Positions 25,805 through 35,856 of a stretch of 64,000 nucleotides of DNA are shown in pieces. The notes below the pieces were generated by a model. The model searched no databases. It was given only the letters and a program-made list of their open reading frames with translations, and was not told the origin of the DNA. The position numbers and the translations under genes are program-made. Source of the DNA: a virus (lineage: Duplodnaviria > Caudoviricetes). The DNA is taken from the IMG/VR virus record IMGVR_UViG_3300014205_000212, positions 10,107 to 74,106 of that record; one strand, 5' to 3'. Position 1 is the first letter of the stretch. The number at the start of each line of letters is the position of its first letter.

Positions 25805-26497
25805 ATGAAAAATTTAACATTTATTATTCCTTATCAGAAGGATTCAGAAGAAAGATTTAAAAATCTACTTTGGAATATTCAATATCTTCATTCTCATTTT
25901 AACAGTCCAATTTTAATATCTACAACAAAAAAGGATTATCAGGATATAAAAGAATGGAAAGATGTAGAAATAACCTTTATTGATGATATAGAAGGTAGTT
26001 ATAGAACATTATTAGGTAACGAAGGTTATAAACATTGTAAAACTAAATATTTCTGTCTTACAGATGTAGATGTCTTTACAGAATATAAACATTATATATC
26101 CTCATATTGTGCATTAGATGATTATGATTTCTCTATTCCATACTATACAAAGATGTATGATGTGAAATTTAATAATCTATGGTCTAAAGATATTATTAAG
26201 TATGAAGGTAGTATTGGAGGTTTATTCTTTGGTAGATTAGATAAGATATTAGAAGTAGGTGGTGAGAATATTAATATGAAAGGTTGGGGTTATGAAGATT
26301 TCGAAAGAGTAGAAAGATGTAAAAGACTATTATATAATATTCATCAAACTAACTATGACCTATATCATCTATACCATCCGGAATCGAAAAATCCTGAACA
26401 AGTTAAACTTAATCATGATTATCTCAATAAACTTTATAGATTTAAATACCATCAATGGTATAAACTTGCTGAAGAATTAAAAATTAATTTCCAGTAA
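25805..26497 (+). CDS. Glycosyltransferase (GT-A fold, GT7/GT2-like C-terminus)
   Basis: FIIPY N-terminus, TDVD (DxD), GGE...GWGYED, YHLYHP. Confidence 0.85.
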   Translation: MKNLTFIIPYQKDSEERFKNLLWNIQYLHSHFNSPILISTTKKDYQDIKEWKDVEITFIDDIEGSYRTLLGNEGYKHCKTKYFCLTDVDVFTEYKHYISSYCALDDYDFSIPYYTKMYDVKFNNLWSKDIIKYEGSIGGLFFGRLDKILEVGGENINMKGWGYEDFERVERCKRLLYNIHQTNYDLYHLYHPESKNPEQVKLNHDYLNKLYRFKYHQWYKLAEELKINFQ

Positions 26498-27275
26498 TCA
26501 CTATAGGTAATGTTCTTGTTATCTTAATTTCTTCAGATGTCATTCTAAACTCATTAATAAAAGGTGGATTACTTTCTATAGTAGTTTTAATATTTAAGGT
26601 TCCATCTGTTCCTTCTACATAAGAGAAAGAATTATAACATAAAGAATCTGAAAAATCTTGATTTATTCCATTAGGATCATAATCATCTACAATTTTTACA
26701 TAAGCTTGTGTAGTACTTATTAAATCAATAATCATAACATATTTATGCATCTCTGTAGCAGGATCTAAATCTGAACCTTTAGTAAATAGAAATGGGAATG
26801 TTTGATTACTTCCTAATGTCAATTTAAAATCTACTTTATTAATCCCACTAACAGAATAATAAATAGAACTTCCTGCTAACATAGTTATTACTATTCTATT
26901 TCCTGTTCTAAAATAAGAACCAGGTATAGTTAATGTTCTATCTAAAGGACTAGAATTTGTAAATAGGGTACACGGAGATATATGTCTTAATGTAGCTATA
27001 TCTAAAGGTAATTGATGAGGTTGTACAAATCTTATAAAAGAATCTGTATATCCATTATACCTTATAGCCACTTCATTATCTGTAGCTGTCTTAGCATGAC
27101 CAGCATCTGTTAAACTAGCACTATTATCTGAATCTTTACTAAATAATAAAGATTCAAATAGATATCTAAATGTCGTTTCATCAGGATAGTTACCTTGTTT
27201 AAATCTTTTATAAGCAGAACCTTTAGGAAGTAATGAACTCCAAAAGAAACTTCTATTTTTTCTATTTAATGACAT
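26484..27275 (-). CDS. Tail fibre/spike-associated structural protein
   Basis: N-terminal F..G.YP....F..LFESL motif shared with the upstream gene. Confidence 0.6.
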   Translation of the reverse strand: MSLNRKNRSFFWSSLLPKGSAYKRFKQGNYPDETTFRYLFESLLFSKDSDNSASLTDAGHAKTATDNEVAIRYNGYTDSFIRFVQPHQLPLDIATLRHISPCTLFTNSSPLDRTLTIPGSYFRTGNRIVITMLAGSSIYYSVSGINKVDFKLTLGSNQTFPFLFTKGSDLDPATEMHKYVMIIDLISTTQAYVKIVDDYDPNGINQDFSDSLCYNSFSYVEGTDGTLNIKTTIESNPPFINEFRMTSEEIKITRTLPIVITGN

Positions 27276-27286
27276 ATCTTTAATTT

Positions 27287-28528
27287 TTAAATATTACTTC
27301 CTGTACAACCTACATACATAGCATAAAATACTACAAATGATTTCTGTCTTATATCTACATCTACACTTGCTACTTGTGCAGATGATTCATCTGTATATCC
27401 TGATATTGTATGTCCATGCATCTCTGTCGCTTGACTTCCTGTTGCCATAGTAGGTGCATTAATTATATTTGCTGTTCCTGTAGTTGTATATATAAATCCT
27501 GCATCTGTTCCAGCAGTGGCTATTACTGTTTGAATTCTATGTACATGTTTAGAATAAATATTTGTTGCTGATACTTGCAAAGGATCATAAGGAGTTGTTG
27601 GTTCCACAAGTCCACTACCTGGTGTATTTTTATGTCTATGTGCATCTAATGGAATATTTGCTTTTACTAATGTCCTTCCATCTGCTCCAGATAAATCAAA
27701 TCCTTTATTAGAAGAATATCCTATAGGAACTCTAGATGTTGTATCAGGTGCTGTATATGTATTAAGAGCAGGATTATAAAATATATTTTTTACTATATCA
27801 TCATTATAACCAGGGAAACTTCCTTGTCCTTGTCCTTTTATTATAATCCATCCTACCCAATCTCCTTTTGCTCCATCTATTCCTATATTTCTTCCTACAC
27901 CATTAACATCAAATTCAAATAAAGAATCTCCTAATGTCCTATTATAAGAAGAATACATTCTTACTTCTCCTATTTTACCACTATCTACTTTATTTGATAC
28001 TGTAGTAACTGATGCTATTGTTGCAGGAGTTCCTACTTGACTTGTTATCTTTGCCCCTATTAATGTATCTAATGCTGTATTATTAACATCTAAAACAACA
28101 TCATTCCCTGCTCCTCCTGTTTGTGTAACATCAAGAATAGAACCTGATGCTTTTGTAACAGACATATTATTACTTACTGTATATCTATTACCATTACCTC
28201 CTGTTCTTCCTGTTGCATTACTGTTTTTTGCCACAGAAACACCATTTCCTGCATCTATAATAGGTAGTTGATGTGGTTGTACTACTTTAGCATATTGTCT
28301 TGTTGTATGCTTTGTAGAATCACAATTAGCTGCATCAACATCTCCGGATAGTTCTACAAACCCTTGTTGAGTTATTGTAGCTGTATCATCGCTTTCTTTA
28401 AGAAATCCTAAACTCTGAAATAAATTATTAAACATACTCTTATCAGGTTTATTACTTGTAGAGAATTTCTTATATGATTCTCCATCTGGTCCAAAGAAAT
28501 AACTTCTTAATCTTCTTGTTAATGACAT
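27287..28528 (-). CDS. Tail fibre protein with tail-collar-like region
   Basis: Gly/Thr-rich; IGEVRMY...GWII, HRH/HVH/HGH repeats, IRQKSFVVFY end. Confidence 0.7.
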   Translation of the reverse strand: MSLTRRLRSYFFGPDGESYKKFSTSNKPDKSMFNNLFQSLGFLKESDDTATITQQGFVELSGDVDAANCDSTKHTTRQYAKVVQPHQLPIIDAGNGVSVAKNSNATGRTGGNGNRYTVSNNMSVTKASGSILDVTQTGGAGNDVVLDVNNTALDTLIGAKITSQVGTPATIASVTTVSNKVDSGKIGEVRMYSSYNRTLGDSLFEFDVNGVGRNIGIDGAKGDWVGWIIIKGQGQGSFPGYNDDIVKNIFYNPALNTYTAPDTTSRVPIGYSSNKGFDLSGADGRTLVKANIPLDAHRHKNTPGSGLVEPTTPYDPLQVSATNIYSKHVHRIQTVIATAGTDAGFIYTTTGTANIINAPTMATGSQATEMHGHTISGYTDESSAQVASVDVDIRQKSFVVFYAMYVGCTGSNI

Positions 28529-28544
28529 ATTCTTAATTTTTTAA

Positions 28545-29042
28545 TTATCTAACTTTAAATATTCTCTTTCCTGTCTCACATAAAGGATTACTACTTCCTC
28601 CTATCATCATATATCCTATTCCATCTAATCCTTGTAGATCTGGATTCAATCCAAAGACATCTAATGCTTCTTGTATATCATATCCTTGTCCCATACAACT
28701 AAAATGTTTCTGTATGCAGTCTAAATTATATTTATCAATATAATATTGAGTTCCTTGGTCAACACCACAACCATCATCTATTAATAGATTAACTCTAGCA
28801 TCATTAACTCTTTCTATATATATTATCATCAACAATCCAAATAGATAATGAAAATCATTAACCATATTATATAATGTCTCTGTCTCCTTACCAAAAAGTT
28901 CTGCAGAATAAATATTAGATAATATTTTCTGTAAGTTTTCTTTCATAGCACTATAATAGTCTTTAGCTAAATAATGTTCTGTCTCTGCATTTACAAAATG
29001 AAAGTCAGTATTATGAAATGGTTGTAAAATATTAGTTGCCAT
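28545..29042 (-). CDS. Hypothetical virion-module protein (likely start MATNILQP)
   Basis: ATG at 29042 overlaps the stop of the upstream micro-ORF (TAATG). Confidence 0.65.
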   Translation of the reverse strand: MATNILQPFHNTDFHFVNAETEHYLAKDYYSAMKENLQKILSNIYSAELFGKETETLYNMVNDFHYLFGLLMIIYIERVNDARVNLLIDDGCGVDQGTQYYIDKYNLDCIQKHFSCMGQGYDIQEALDVFGLNPDLQGLDGIGYMMIGGSSNPLCETGKRIFKVR

Positions 29043-29095
29043 TATTTCCCACAATTACAAGGTTTTGTACTCTTTTTAGTTATCTTCTTAGCCAT
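29042..29095 (-). CDS. 17-aa basic Cys micro-peptide MAKKITKKSTKPCNCGK (not in ORF track)
   Basis: A-rich leader; TAATG coupling to the next gene. Confidence 0.5.
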   Translation of the reverse strand: MAKKITKKSTKPCNCGK

Positions 29096-29106
29096 AATAT
29101 TTTATT

Positions 29107-30540
29107 TTATAATTTATTATATATATTTTTATTTAGATATAATCTATTTAATGGTGTTGAATTATTATTATAATTATATTTTAGTGCATATTTTAAAACT
29201 TCATTAGTATAATCAACATCTTTATTTTTAGCATAATCATTTTCATTTTTAAATTTACCTATTGATCTACTTTTTGCTGGAGAATTATGTTTTGTAATAG
29301 CTCTATATAAGGCTGATGGATTATCATAATTTTTGTTTTTAAAATATTTATAATTATCAGATAATAATTTCATTGTATAAATATATGAACCATATTCATT
29401 ATCTATATCTTTTATATTAAAATATTGTTTTATATTGTTTAAAGTAGAAGGATCAAAATTAGTATCATATTTTATTCTACTTAATCCTTGAGATGTTTCG
29501 CTATATTCTTCATTTTTTGGTAAAAAAGTATTTGCAATTGTTTTATATAATGAAGACATTGTTTCATAAGGTTCTCTTAAATCAATTCCTATTTTAGTAA
29601 ATGATTCATCAAATTTTGTTTCTTTATTTATAATACCTAATGTTGCACGTGTTAAATCTTCAAATTCTGAATCAGATATATTTAAATAAGAAGCTATTTT
29701 ATTTTTATTTGCATTCGCATAATTTATAATATTATTTTCATATTTATTTGATGATGTATTAGTTAATTTTTCTTTATCATAAATATAATTTGTTGATGAT
29801 AATTGATTATAATCAGGTCGTATTACTTTTGCTACTTTATAAAATGGAAAATTATTTAATTCATTATTTTTAACTGTTGAAGTATAAACATGACCTTCAT
29901 ATTTATTACTTAGATTATTCATTTTATGTATATTATGTTCAATATCATATGTTCCATCATTATTTATTTTAGATATAAAAGCTGTATGAGTATTTCCATC
30001 TCCATATTTATTAGCTTCTTTTTGATAATTACTATAACCACCAGTATTAATTAGTACTACATCTCCTACTTTATAATCTTTATCTATTAATTCACCATTT
30101 TTTATATTTTGTGATAATTGCCAAGCATTTCCATATAAACCTAATTTTTTTCTAAAGTCTTCTTGTGATATATTTGAATTACTAATTCTATAAATTTCTT
30201 TTTGTACATAATCAGAACATTGTCCTTCTGTGCATTTTGTGCCATTATCTTTTTTTACAGGTTTCAATTGTAATTTTCCAGTATAGGGTTTATCATTATT
30301 TTTATTTGCGTTTATTTTATTAACTAAAGATGTAATATATTCTTTTTTATCTTGAATTAAAATAGGAACAGAATTATTTACATAAGTTTTATCTCTTATT
30401 GATATTTCTTTTTTTGGTATAATATTATTATATAATTCTTTCTTTGGAATTTGATAATTAGAAGTATTTAATTTAAAATTAATAAATATATCTTTATTAC
30501 TCAAATCAATTCCTTTATTTTTTAATATTGGCTCTGGCAT
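29107..30540 (-). CDS. Two-domain peptidoglycan hydrolase (CHAP/NlpC-like plus lysozyme/SLT-like)
   Basis: QCSDYV...GNAWQ...GDVV...HTAFI...IEHN in the N-half; GIINKETKF...SQGLSRIK in the C-half. Confidence 0.65.
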   Translation of the reverse strand: MPEPILKNKGIDLSNKDIFINFKLNTSNYQIPKKELYNNIIPKKEISIRDKTYVNNSVPILIQDKKEYITSLVNKINANKNNDKPYTGKLQLKPVKKDNGTKCTEGQCSDYVQKEIYRISNSNISQEDFRKKLGLYGNAWQLSQNIKNGELIDKDYKVGDVVLINTGGYSNYQKEANKYGDGNTHTAFISKINNDGTYDIEHNIHKMNNLSNKYEGHVYTSTVKNNELNNFPFYKVAKVIRPDYNQLSSTNYIYDKEKLTNTSSNKYENNIINYANANKNKIASYLNISDSEFEDLTRATLGIINKETKFDESFTKIGIDLREPYETMSSLYKTIANTFLPKNEEYSETSQGLSRIKYDTNFDPSTLNNIKQYFNIKDIDNEYGSYIYTMKLLSDNYKYFKNKNYDNPSALYRAITKHNSPAKSRSIGKFKNENDYAKNKDVDYTNEVLKYALKYNYNNNSTPLNRLYLNKNIYNKL

Positions 30541-30544
30541 AGTC

Positions 30545-31687
30545 TTAACAATTACAAGGTTTAAAACTTCCTGATGTATTAGTAGTAGAAGTAGTTGTTG
30601 TCTGCCATGCCCCTTGACATAGTTCGCATCTCTCTAGTATATCATTTATCTTATCCATTAACATATCTATCTGTTCAGCATAGTCATATCTTGTCTGGTC
30701 ATATTCTATAAATCCTAAATAAGAAATAAACTCTTCATTAATATATGCTAGTAATAAAGGATATAAAGCAACTATCTGATTTAAAGACTGTCTTTGTCTT
30801 ATCTTCTTCTGTTTTGCTTCTTCATCACAATTATCACAACATGGATCCCAATTATTACACATTACCGACTGTACTAAATAATTATAGCAAGTCTTTAACT
30901 TACAATAACTATAAAGAGGAAATTGTGCAACAACACTATTCGTTCCTGTAGTAAAATCACTACTCGTTGCATTCTCTTCTATGGTTATGATAAAGACACC
31001 ATCACTAGGTATTGTAATGTCTGCAATAGTACCTGTAGTCAATCCATTATAGTAAACAGGAACTAATGTACTATCATTAGTAACCATTGTATCTATATCA
31101 TCTCCTATTGCTATATCATAACCAGTAATTAAATATCTTTTATAATATCCTGTTGTTGTATGGTCTATTAATTTAAAACTATCATCACATTCTATTAAAA
31201 CAGTTTCATAATCTACATGAGGAAATACACTCTCATAGATAGTTTCTGAACTAAGAGTTGTATCTGTAGCAAATATAGTTGCTATTGCCCCTGTTCCTAT
31301 AACTGTCCATTCTGTTCCTGTTCCCGGTTCTTCTGTTGAACTTGCTACATTACAATAATAAAATGTATCTACTAAGAATACAACAGTATTTAATGTATAT
31401 GTTCCTGCTATCCATACCGGACACCAATAAGCAATTATCTCATAGTTAACTCTTGAATTTGGAAATGCAATGTCCCATGTTCCTGCAGTACCTGTAATAC
31501 CAGGATTAGTTATATCATTTAAAGATGTATCTTCTGTATATGTCCCACTACCTGGATCTGTTTTAACTATTAAAGCTATACCATAGTCTTCTCTTATTGT
31601 AGGACTACTATATGTAGAACCATCTATTACTGTTATAAATCCTTCAGTAGTTGTCTGATTCGATGTTAATGATGTTGCTAGTGCCAT
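30545..31687 (-). CDS. Virion structural protein
   Basis: Thr-rich beta N-part, Cys-rich helical C-part ending KPCNC. Confidence 0.7.
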   Translation of the reverse strand: MALATSLTSNQTTTEGFITVIDGSTYSSPTIREDYGIALIVKTDPGSGTYTEDTSLNDITNPGITGTAGTWDIAFPNSRVNYEIIAYWCPVWIAGTYTLNTVVFLVDTFYYCNVASSTEEPGTGTEWTVIGTGAIATIFATDTTLSSETIYESVFPHVDYETVLIECDDSFKLIDHTTTGYYKRYLITGYDIAIGDDIDTMVTNDSTLVPVYYNGLTTGTIADITIPSDGVFIITIEENATSSDFTTGTNSVVAQFPLYSYCKLKTCYNYLVQSVMCNNWDPCCDNCDEEAKQKKIRQRQSLNQIVALYPLLLAYINEEFISYLGFIEYDQTRYDYAEQIDMLMDKINDILERCELCQGAWQTTTTSTTNTSGSFKPCNC

Positions 31688-31689
31688 AA

Positions 31690-34600
31690 TTATTCTGTTT
31701 TAAAAATTTCTTCAATATTATAATAATTTCTCGTTAATCCAAATTGTCTTGCTACTTTTTCCATATCTCCAGTTCCTATAGACTTAAACATCCTACCATA
31801 GATAGAGAATACTGTAAACGGATTCATGCTTAATTGTAAAGCTGTAGGACCAGGAGTTAAATCTTTTCCATATTCCCATAATACAGATATTAATTTTTTC
31901 TTTTTATCTTCATCATCACTTCCTGCAAAAAAGAATATAGCTATTAATGTTAACATAGTAGTTTGAATACTCATTTTAGCAAGATTAAATTTAGTCATAG
32001 TATCTAAATCACCTCCATAGATTAATTTATTAGCTAATTTAGTTACTGACTGAAGCATACCTTCTATTTTAATAATTTCCTTTTCTGTAATCCAATTACC
32101 ATCTTCATCCTTTATAGCTCTATAGCCTACTCCTTTTGTAGTATTTCTAGTTCCTGCAAATATTCCTAAATTTTCTAATCTAGTTAACATGAATGTTTGA
32201 AATTGACTTATCATCATACCTAAAAACATAGAACCTAGAAATGCTTTATTTGTAGGATCCATTGCTCCAATAATAAACTTATCAGCATACCATTTAAAAG
32301 AACCATCAGATTCTTCAAATGAATATCCTAATATAGGATTCTTTTCAGTTTCATCCTGTTGTCCTTCTTCTATTAGTCTTTGTCTTAATGATTCTAATAA
32401 TACATGTTCTCCATTTTTGGTTTTTGCTTTTCCATTTGTGTCATAGTATCTACCATCTTTAGTTTTATCATATATAACTTCACCAGTTTGTTTATCTATA
32501 CTAAATGCCTTATATGAATCATCTTTAATCATTATTGCAGCCATTGAAATAACCCTTGCCATTTCATCACCTGCTTGATTCATTAAGTGCATATAATATG
32601 TCTGAAAAATATTATTCTTATTAACTTTAGTCATTCTTGGATTGTCGATTAAATCTTTATCCTGACTTAATATTAAATTGTATCTCTTTCCTAATTTATA
32701 AATTAATTCAAAGTCTTTTGTATCTCCTATCATTACATTTGCCATTCTTATCATTGCTTCATTAATATGTGTAATTCCCGGCATTGCTATATTGGATTTT
32801 GATGCTCCTGATAATGTAGCTGATAATGAATTAGTAAATAAAGCTATATTATTAAATACAGCAGACTTAATAGCTGATTTAATATTATATGCTAATATCC
32901 ATGAAGACGAAGAATGTATCATTGACTTACCGAATTGAGATAAATTCATACCTCCTCCTATTTGAAATCCCGGCTGTATAATTTGTCCATCTGCTGCAAC
33001 TTTTTGCTTAAATACTATAGAAGGTAGATTAAGATTTAACTTCTCATCTTTATCTTGCTTGAAAACATTACGTTTTAAGTATGCTTCTAAATATTCTTTA
33101 TTATTTAGCAAATCAGTATGAGGGTACATTTCCATTATAGACAATGTAGCATTATAAATAGGTATGATTTTATTTTCAATAATTTCTTTTCTAATAGAAG
33201 ATAACATAAACATTCCATGTATCTTTTCTAAATCTAAAGACATAACTTCATTAAGATAATTATCTTTAATAATATATCTAGGTTTATCTGAACCTTTATC
33301 ATATTCAACATTTAATCCTGCTCTTGATAATATTTCAGCATGGTTAACTTGATTTCCTAATTTAGCAAAAATATTCTGATAATTATCATTATTCCTATTT
33401 ATATCTTCTTCTATTAATTCCGATGAATTTCCTGTTACTTTAAAATATTTCTTTATAGAATCTGATATGTGTCCAGATACAAGCAATTCATTAATCGTTT
33501 TATCCATTACCGGTATATATCCTCTTTCATATCCTGATGACTTAAGAATATTTAATGCATCTTCTCTAGTTCTTTCTACTTTATTATTTAATGATTCATT
33601 ATGAAGAATATTATCTATATATCTTTCTTCTAATAAATCTAAAAATAAATTAGCAAACTTTAGATCATCTTCAGTAAGTGTCTTTCCTATTTCATTCTTA
33701 GTATCTAAATTTGATTTATCCCAATGGATATAAGGAATAAATATTTTTTTAACTTCTTTACCAATACCTTTACTTGCTTCTACTGTTTTAAATAAATGTT
33801 GAAATGTATTACTTCCTTGATCACTTACATATTTTCCTATTGTACTTCTATTTACTGAACCTTTAATAACTTTATCTATTAATTCATCTTTTCTTAATTT
33901 CTTAATAGCTTCTTTAGTCTTAAATATTATTTCATTGTTTGACTTAATATAGTTATCTCTAAACCATTGTAATATAGAATCGGATATCATATGTGCAGAT
34001 TGGAAATACTTTTGCATAGAACCCATATCTTCAACTTTATTATATAACTCTGTAAAGCCTGAAGTTTTCTCCATTACAGCTCTAGCCAATAATTGATATT
34101 CTTCATTCTTATACACTTCTTCTAAAGACATTAGCTTTTCTAAATATCTCATTCTATTAATTAAGACTTTTGTAATATCTCTATTGCTAATATCATCTCT
34201 TGTAAGAATGTTATATTGCTTTAACTCAAATGCTCTTCTTGCATCTGTTAAAGAACTATCAGTAGATAAGTCTTTTATATGATTAGTTAATATTGCAAAA
34301 TAATTCTGCTTGTATTTTATATTATATAATGTGTCATTATTGATAGTAGCCAATATAGCTTCGTTCTTTATCAAATTTAAAAATACAGGAAACTTCTTTA
34401 ATATCTTAACTTGTTCAACCATCATAGATAGTTCTGTTATCATTCTAGATTGAATAAGTTTATATGAAGGTGATACAACACCTATATTTCTAATCTTTAT
34501 CTTTGATTCATTATTTGCTATCATGTTAGACTGCATATTCATCATAGTCAACGTAAGAAGTAAATTTCTTATATCTCCATTGCTATTATTTAATGTTCCT

Positions 34601-35853
34601 CCTAGTGCTTTATATTTACTATCTGATGCTACTATACTTATTATATTTTTATTGAACTCTGCTGCATCATTTCTTTCAAAGATATGTTTAGTGGATATAT
34701 CAATTAATGATAAGTCAATATGACCATCTGAATCTATATTATGAATTATTACTAATGGATTAAATCCTTTCATGTTTTTATTATATAAAGCCCTGAATCT
34801 TGCATCCGTTGATTTTTCTAAATCCGAATACTTCATTGCTTTATAAACATTCAAATTAACCCCTAAAACTGTCAACAACTCCTTTATAGTTCTTTCACTA
34901 AATCTCTTATCTCCAAATACCTCTTTAGTTAATTCTTTAATGTCTAATTCTGATTTATCGATCTCAGCTATTCTATTTATAAAATTTACAAATAAATCTT
35001 TTTCTTGTTCTCCAAATGCAAACTTCAAAGGAATAATATCTTGTCTAATCTTACTTCTTAATTCTTCTTCTGTTAATGATGTAGCATAAGTGAATTTCTG
35101 TTCCTTATCATATACATAATCATTATCTATCTTATTCTGATATAAACTTCTTAATACCTGATTTTCTATTTTAGTTTTTTCAGCTTCAATAGTTTTTTCA
35201 TTTTCGCTTTCTGAATTATTAAGTAGATTAAATAATTCTCGTACATCATCTTTAACTACTTCTAAACTATATCTTAAATTATTATCCGGTATAGCTACTA
35301 TTTTTACATTATCTTTATCATAAACTACTAATCTAGTCTTAATACCATAATCTCTTTCTATAATCCATGATGTTGCTACTGCATCTTTATTTGGTACTAT
35401 AGCTAAATCATAATTATTCCTATTATTCTGAAATATAAACCTTGCATTTTGAGAAACACCTTTTGTAGAAATATTATTTTGCGTTATCATATTACTATTA
35501 GCAAAATACTTCTTAATGTTTTCTCTAGCTTTTATCTCTGTTTCAGAACCTAATGTATATACTTCATTTAAAGATAAAAATTTTGATTTTCTATATGATT
35601 CTATTTTATCTTCTAATGTATTCTCTTTATAGCCCATTATTTTATAGGAAGATGTACTATCTATACCTTTACCTACTAAACCAAATGCCATTCCTTTAAA
35701 TAAGCTAGTCATGTTTAATTCAGCTATTAGCTTTTCATTTATAGAGGAACCGTATTGTGATAAATTAGTATCATCGAATATTTTCCGTAATCCTTCTTCT
35801 GAATATTTATCAGGACTTAATTCATTTCCTATTTTTATTTTATAACATGCCAT
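31690..35853 (-). CDS. Large ejection (cargo) protein
   Basis: 1387 aa directly downstream of the vRNAP; C-terminal hydrophobic helix MLTLIAIFFFAG. Confidence 0.7.
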   Translation of the reverse strand: MACYKIKIGNELSPDKYSEEGLRKIFDDTNLSQYGSSINEKLIAELNMTSLFKGMAFGLVGKGIDSTSSYKIMGYKENTLEDKIESYRKSKFLSLNEVYTLGSETEIKARENIKKYFANSNMITQNNISTKGVSQNARFIFQNNRNNYDLAIVPNKDAVATSWIIERDYGIKTRLVVYDKDNVKIVAIPDNNLRYSLEVVKDDVRELFNLLNNSESENEKTIEAEKTKIENQVLRSLYQNKIDNDYVYDKEQKFTYATSLTEEELRSKIRQDIIPLKFAFGEQEKDLFVNFINRIAEIDKSELDIKELTKEVFGDKRFSERTIKELLTVLGVNLNVYKAMKYSDLEKSTDARFRALYNKNMKGFNPLVIIHNIDSDGHIDLSLIDISTKHIFERNDAAEFNKNIISIVASDSKYKALGGTLNNSNGDIRNLLLTLTMMNMQSNMIANNESKIKIRNIGVVSPSYKLIQSRMITELSMMVEQVKILKKFPVFLNLIKNEAILATINNDTLYNIKYKQNYFAILTNHIKDLSTDSSLTDARRAFELKQYNILTRDDISNRDITKVLINRMRYLEKLMSLEEVYKNEEYQLLARAVMEKTSGFTELYNKVEDMGSMQKYFQSAHMISDSILQWFRDNYIKSNNEIIFKTKEAIKKLRKDELIDKVIKGSVNRSTIGKYVSDQGSNTFQHLFKTVEASKGIGKEVKKIFIPYIHWDKSNLDTKNEIGKTLTEDDLKFANLFLDLLEERYIDNILHNESLNNKVERTREDALNILKSSGYERGYIPVMDKTINELLVSGHISDSIKKYFKVTGNSSELIEEDINRNNDNYQNIFAKLGNQVNHAEILSRAGLNVEYDKGSDKPRYIIKDNYLNEVMSLDLEKIHGMFMLSSIRKEIIENKIIPIYNATLSIMEMYPHTDLLNNKEYLEAYLKRNVFKQDKDEKLNLNLPSIVFKQKVAADGQIIQPGFQIGGGMNLSQFGKSMIHSSSSWILAYNIKSAIKSAVFNNIALFTNSLSATLSGASKSNIAMPGITHINEAMIRMANVMIGDTKDFELIYKLGKRYNLILSQDKDLIDNPRMTKVNKNNIFQTYYMHLMNQAGDEMARVISMAAIMIKDDSYKAFSIDKQTGEVIYDKTKDGRYYDTNGKAKTKNGEHVLLESLRQRLIEEGQQDETEKNPILGYSFEESDGSFKWYADKFIIGAMDPTNKAFLGSMFLGMMISQFQTFMLTRLENLGIFAGTRNTTKGVGYRAIKDEDGNWITEKEIIKIEGMLQSVTKLANKLIYGGDLDTMTKFNLAKMSIQTTMLTLIAIFFFAGSDDEDKKKKLISVLWEYGKDLTPGPTALQLSMNPFTVFSIYGRMFKSIGTGDMEKVARQFGLTRNYYNIEEIFKTE

Positions 35854-35856
35854 AGC

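Noticed and set aside
34520-34760. Possible degenerate PD-(D/E)XK motif in the 1387-aa protein (DSDGHIDLSLIDIS)
   Set aside because: The catalytic lysine is absent and the pattern is too weak to call without a profile search.
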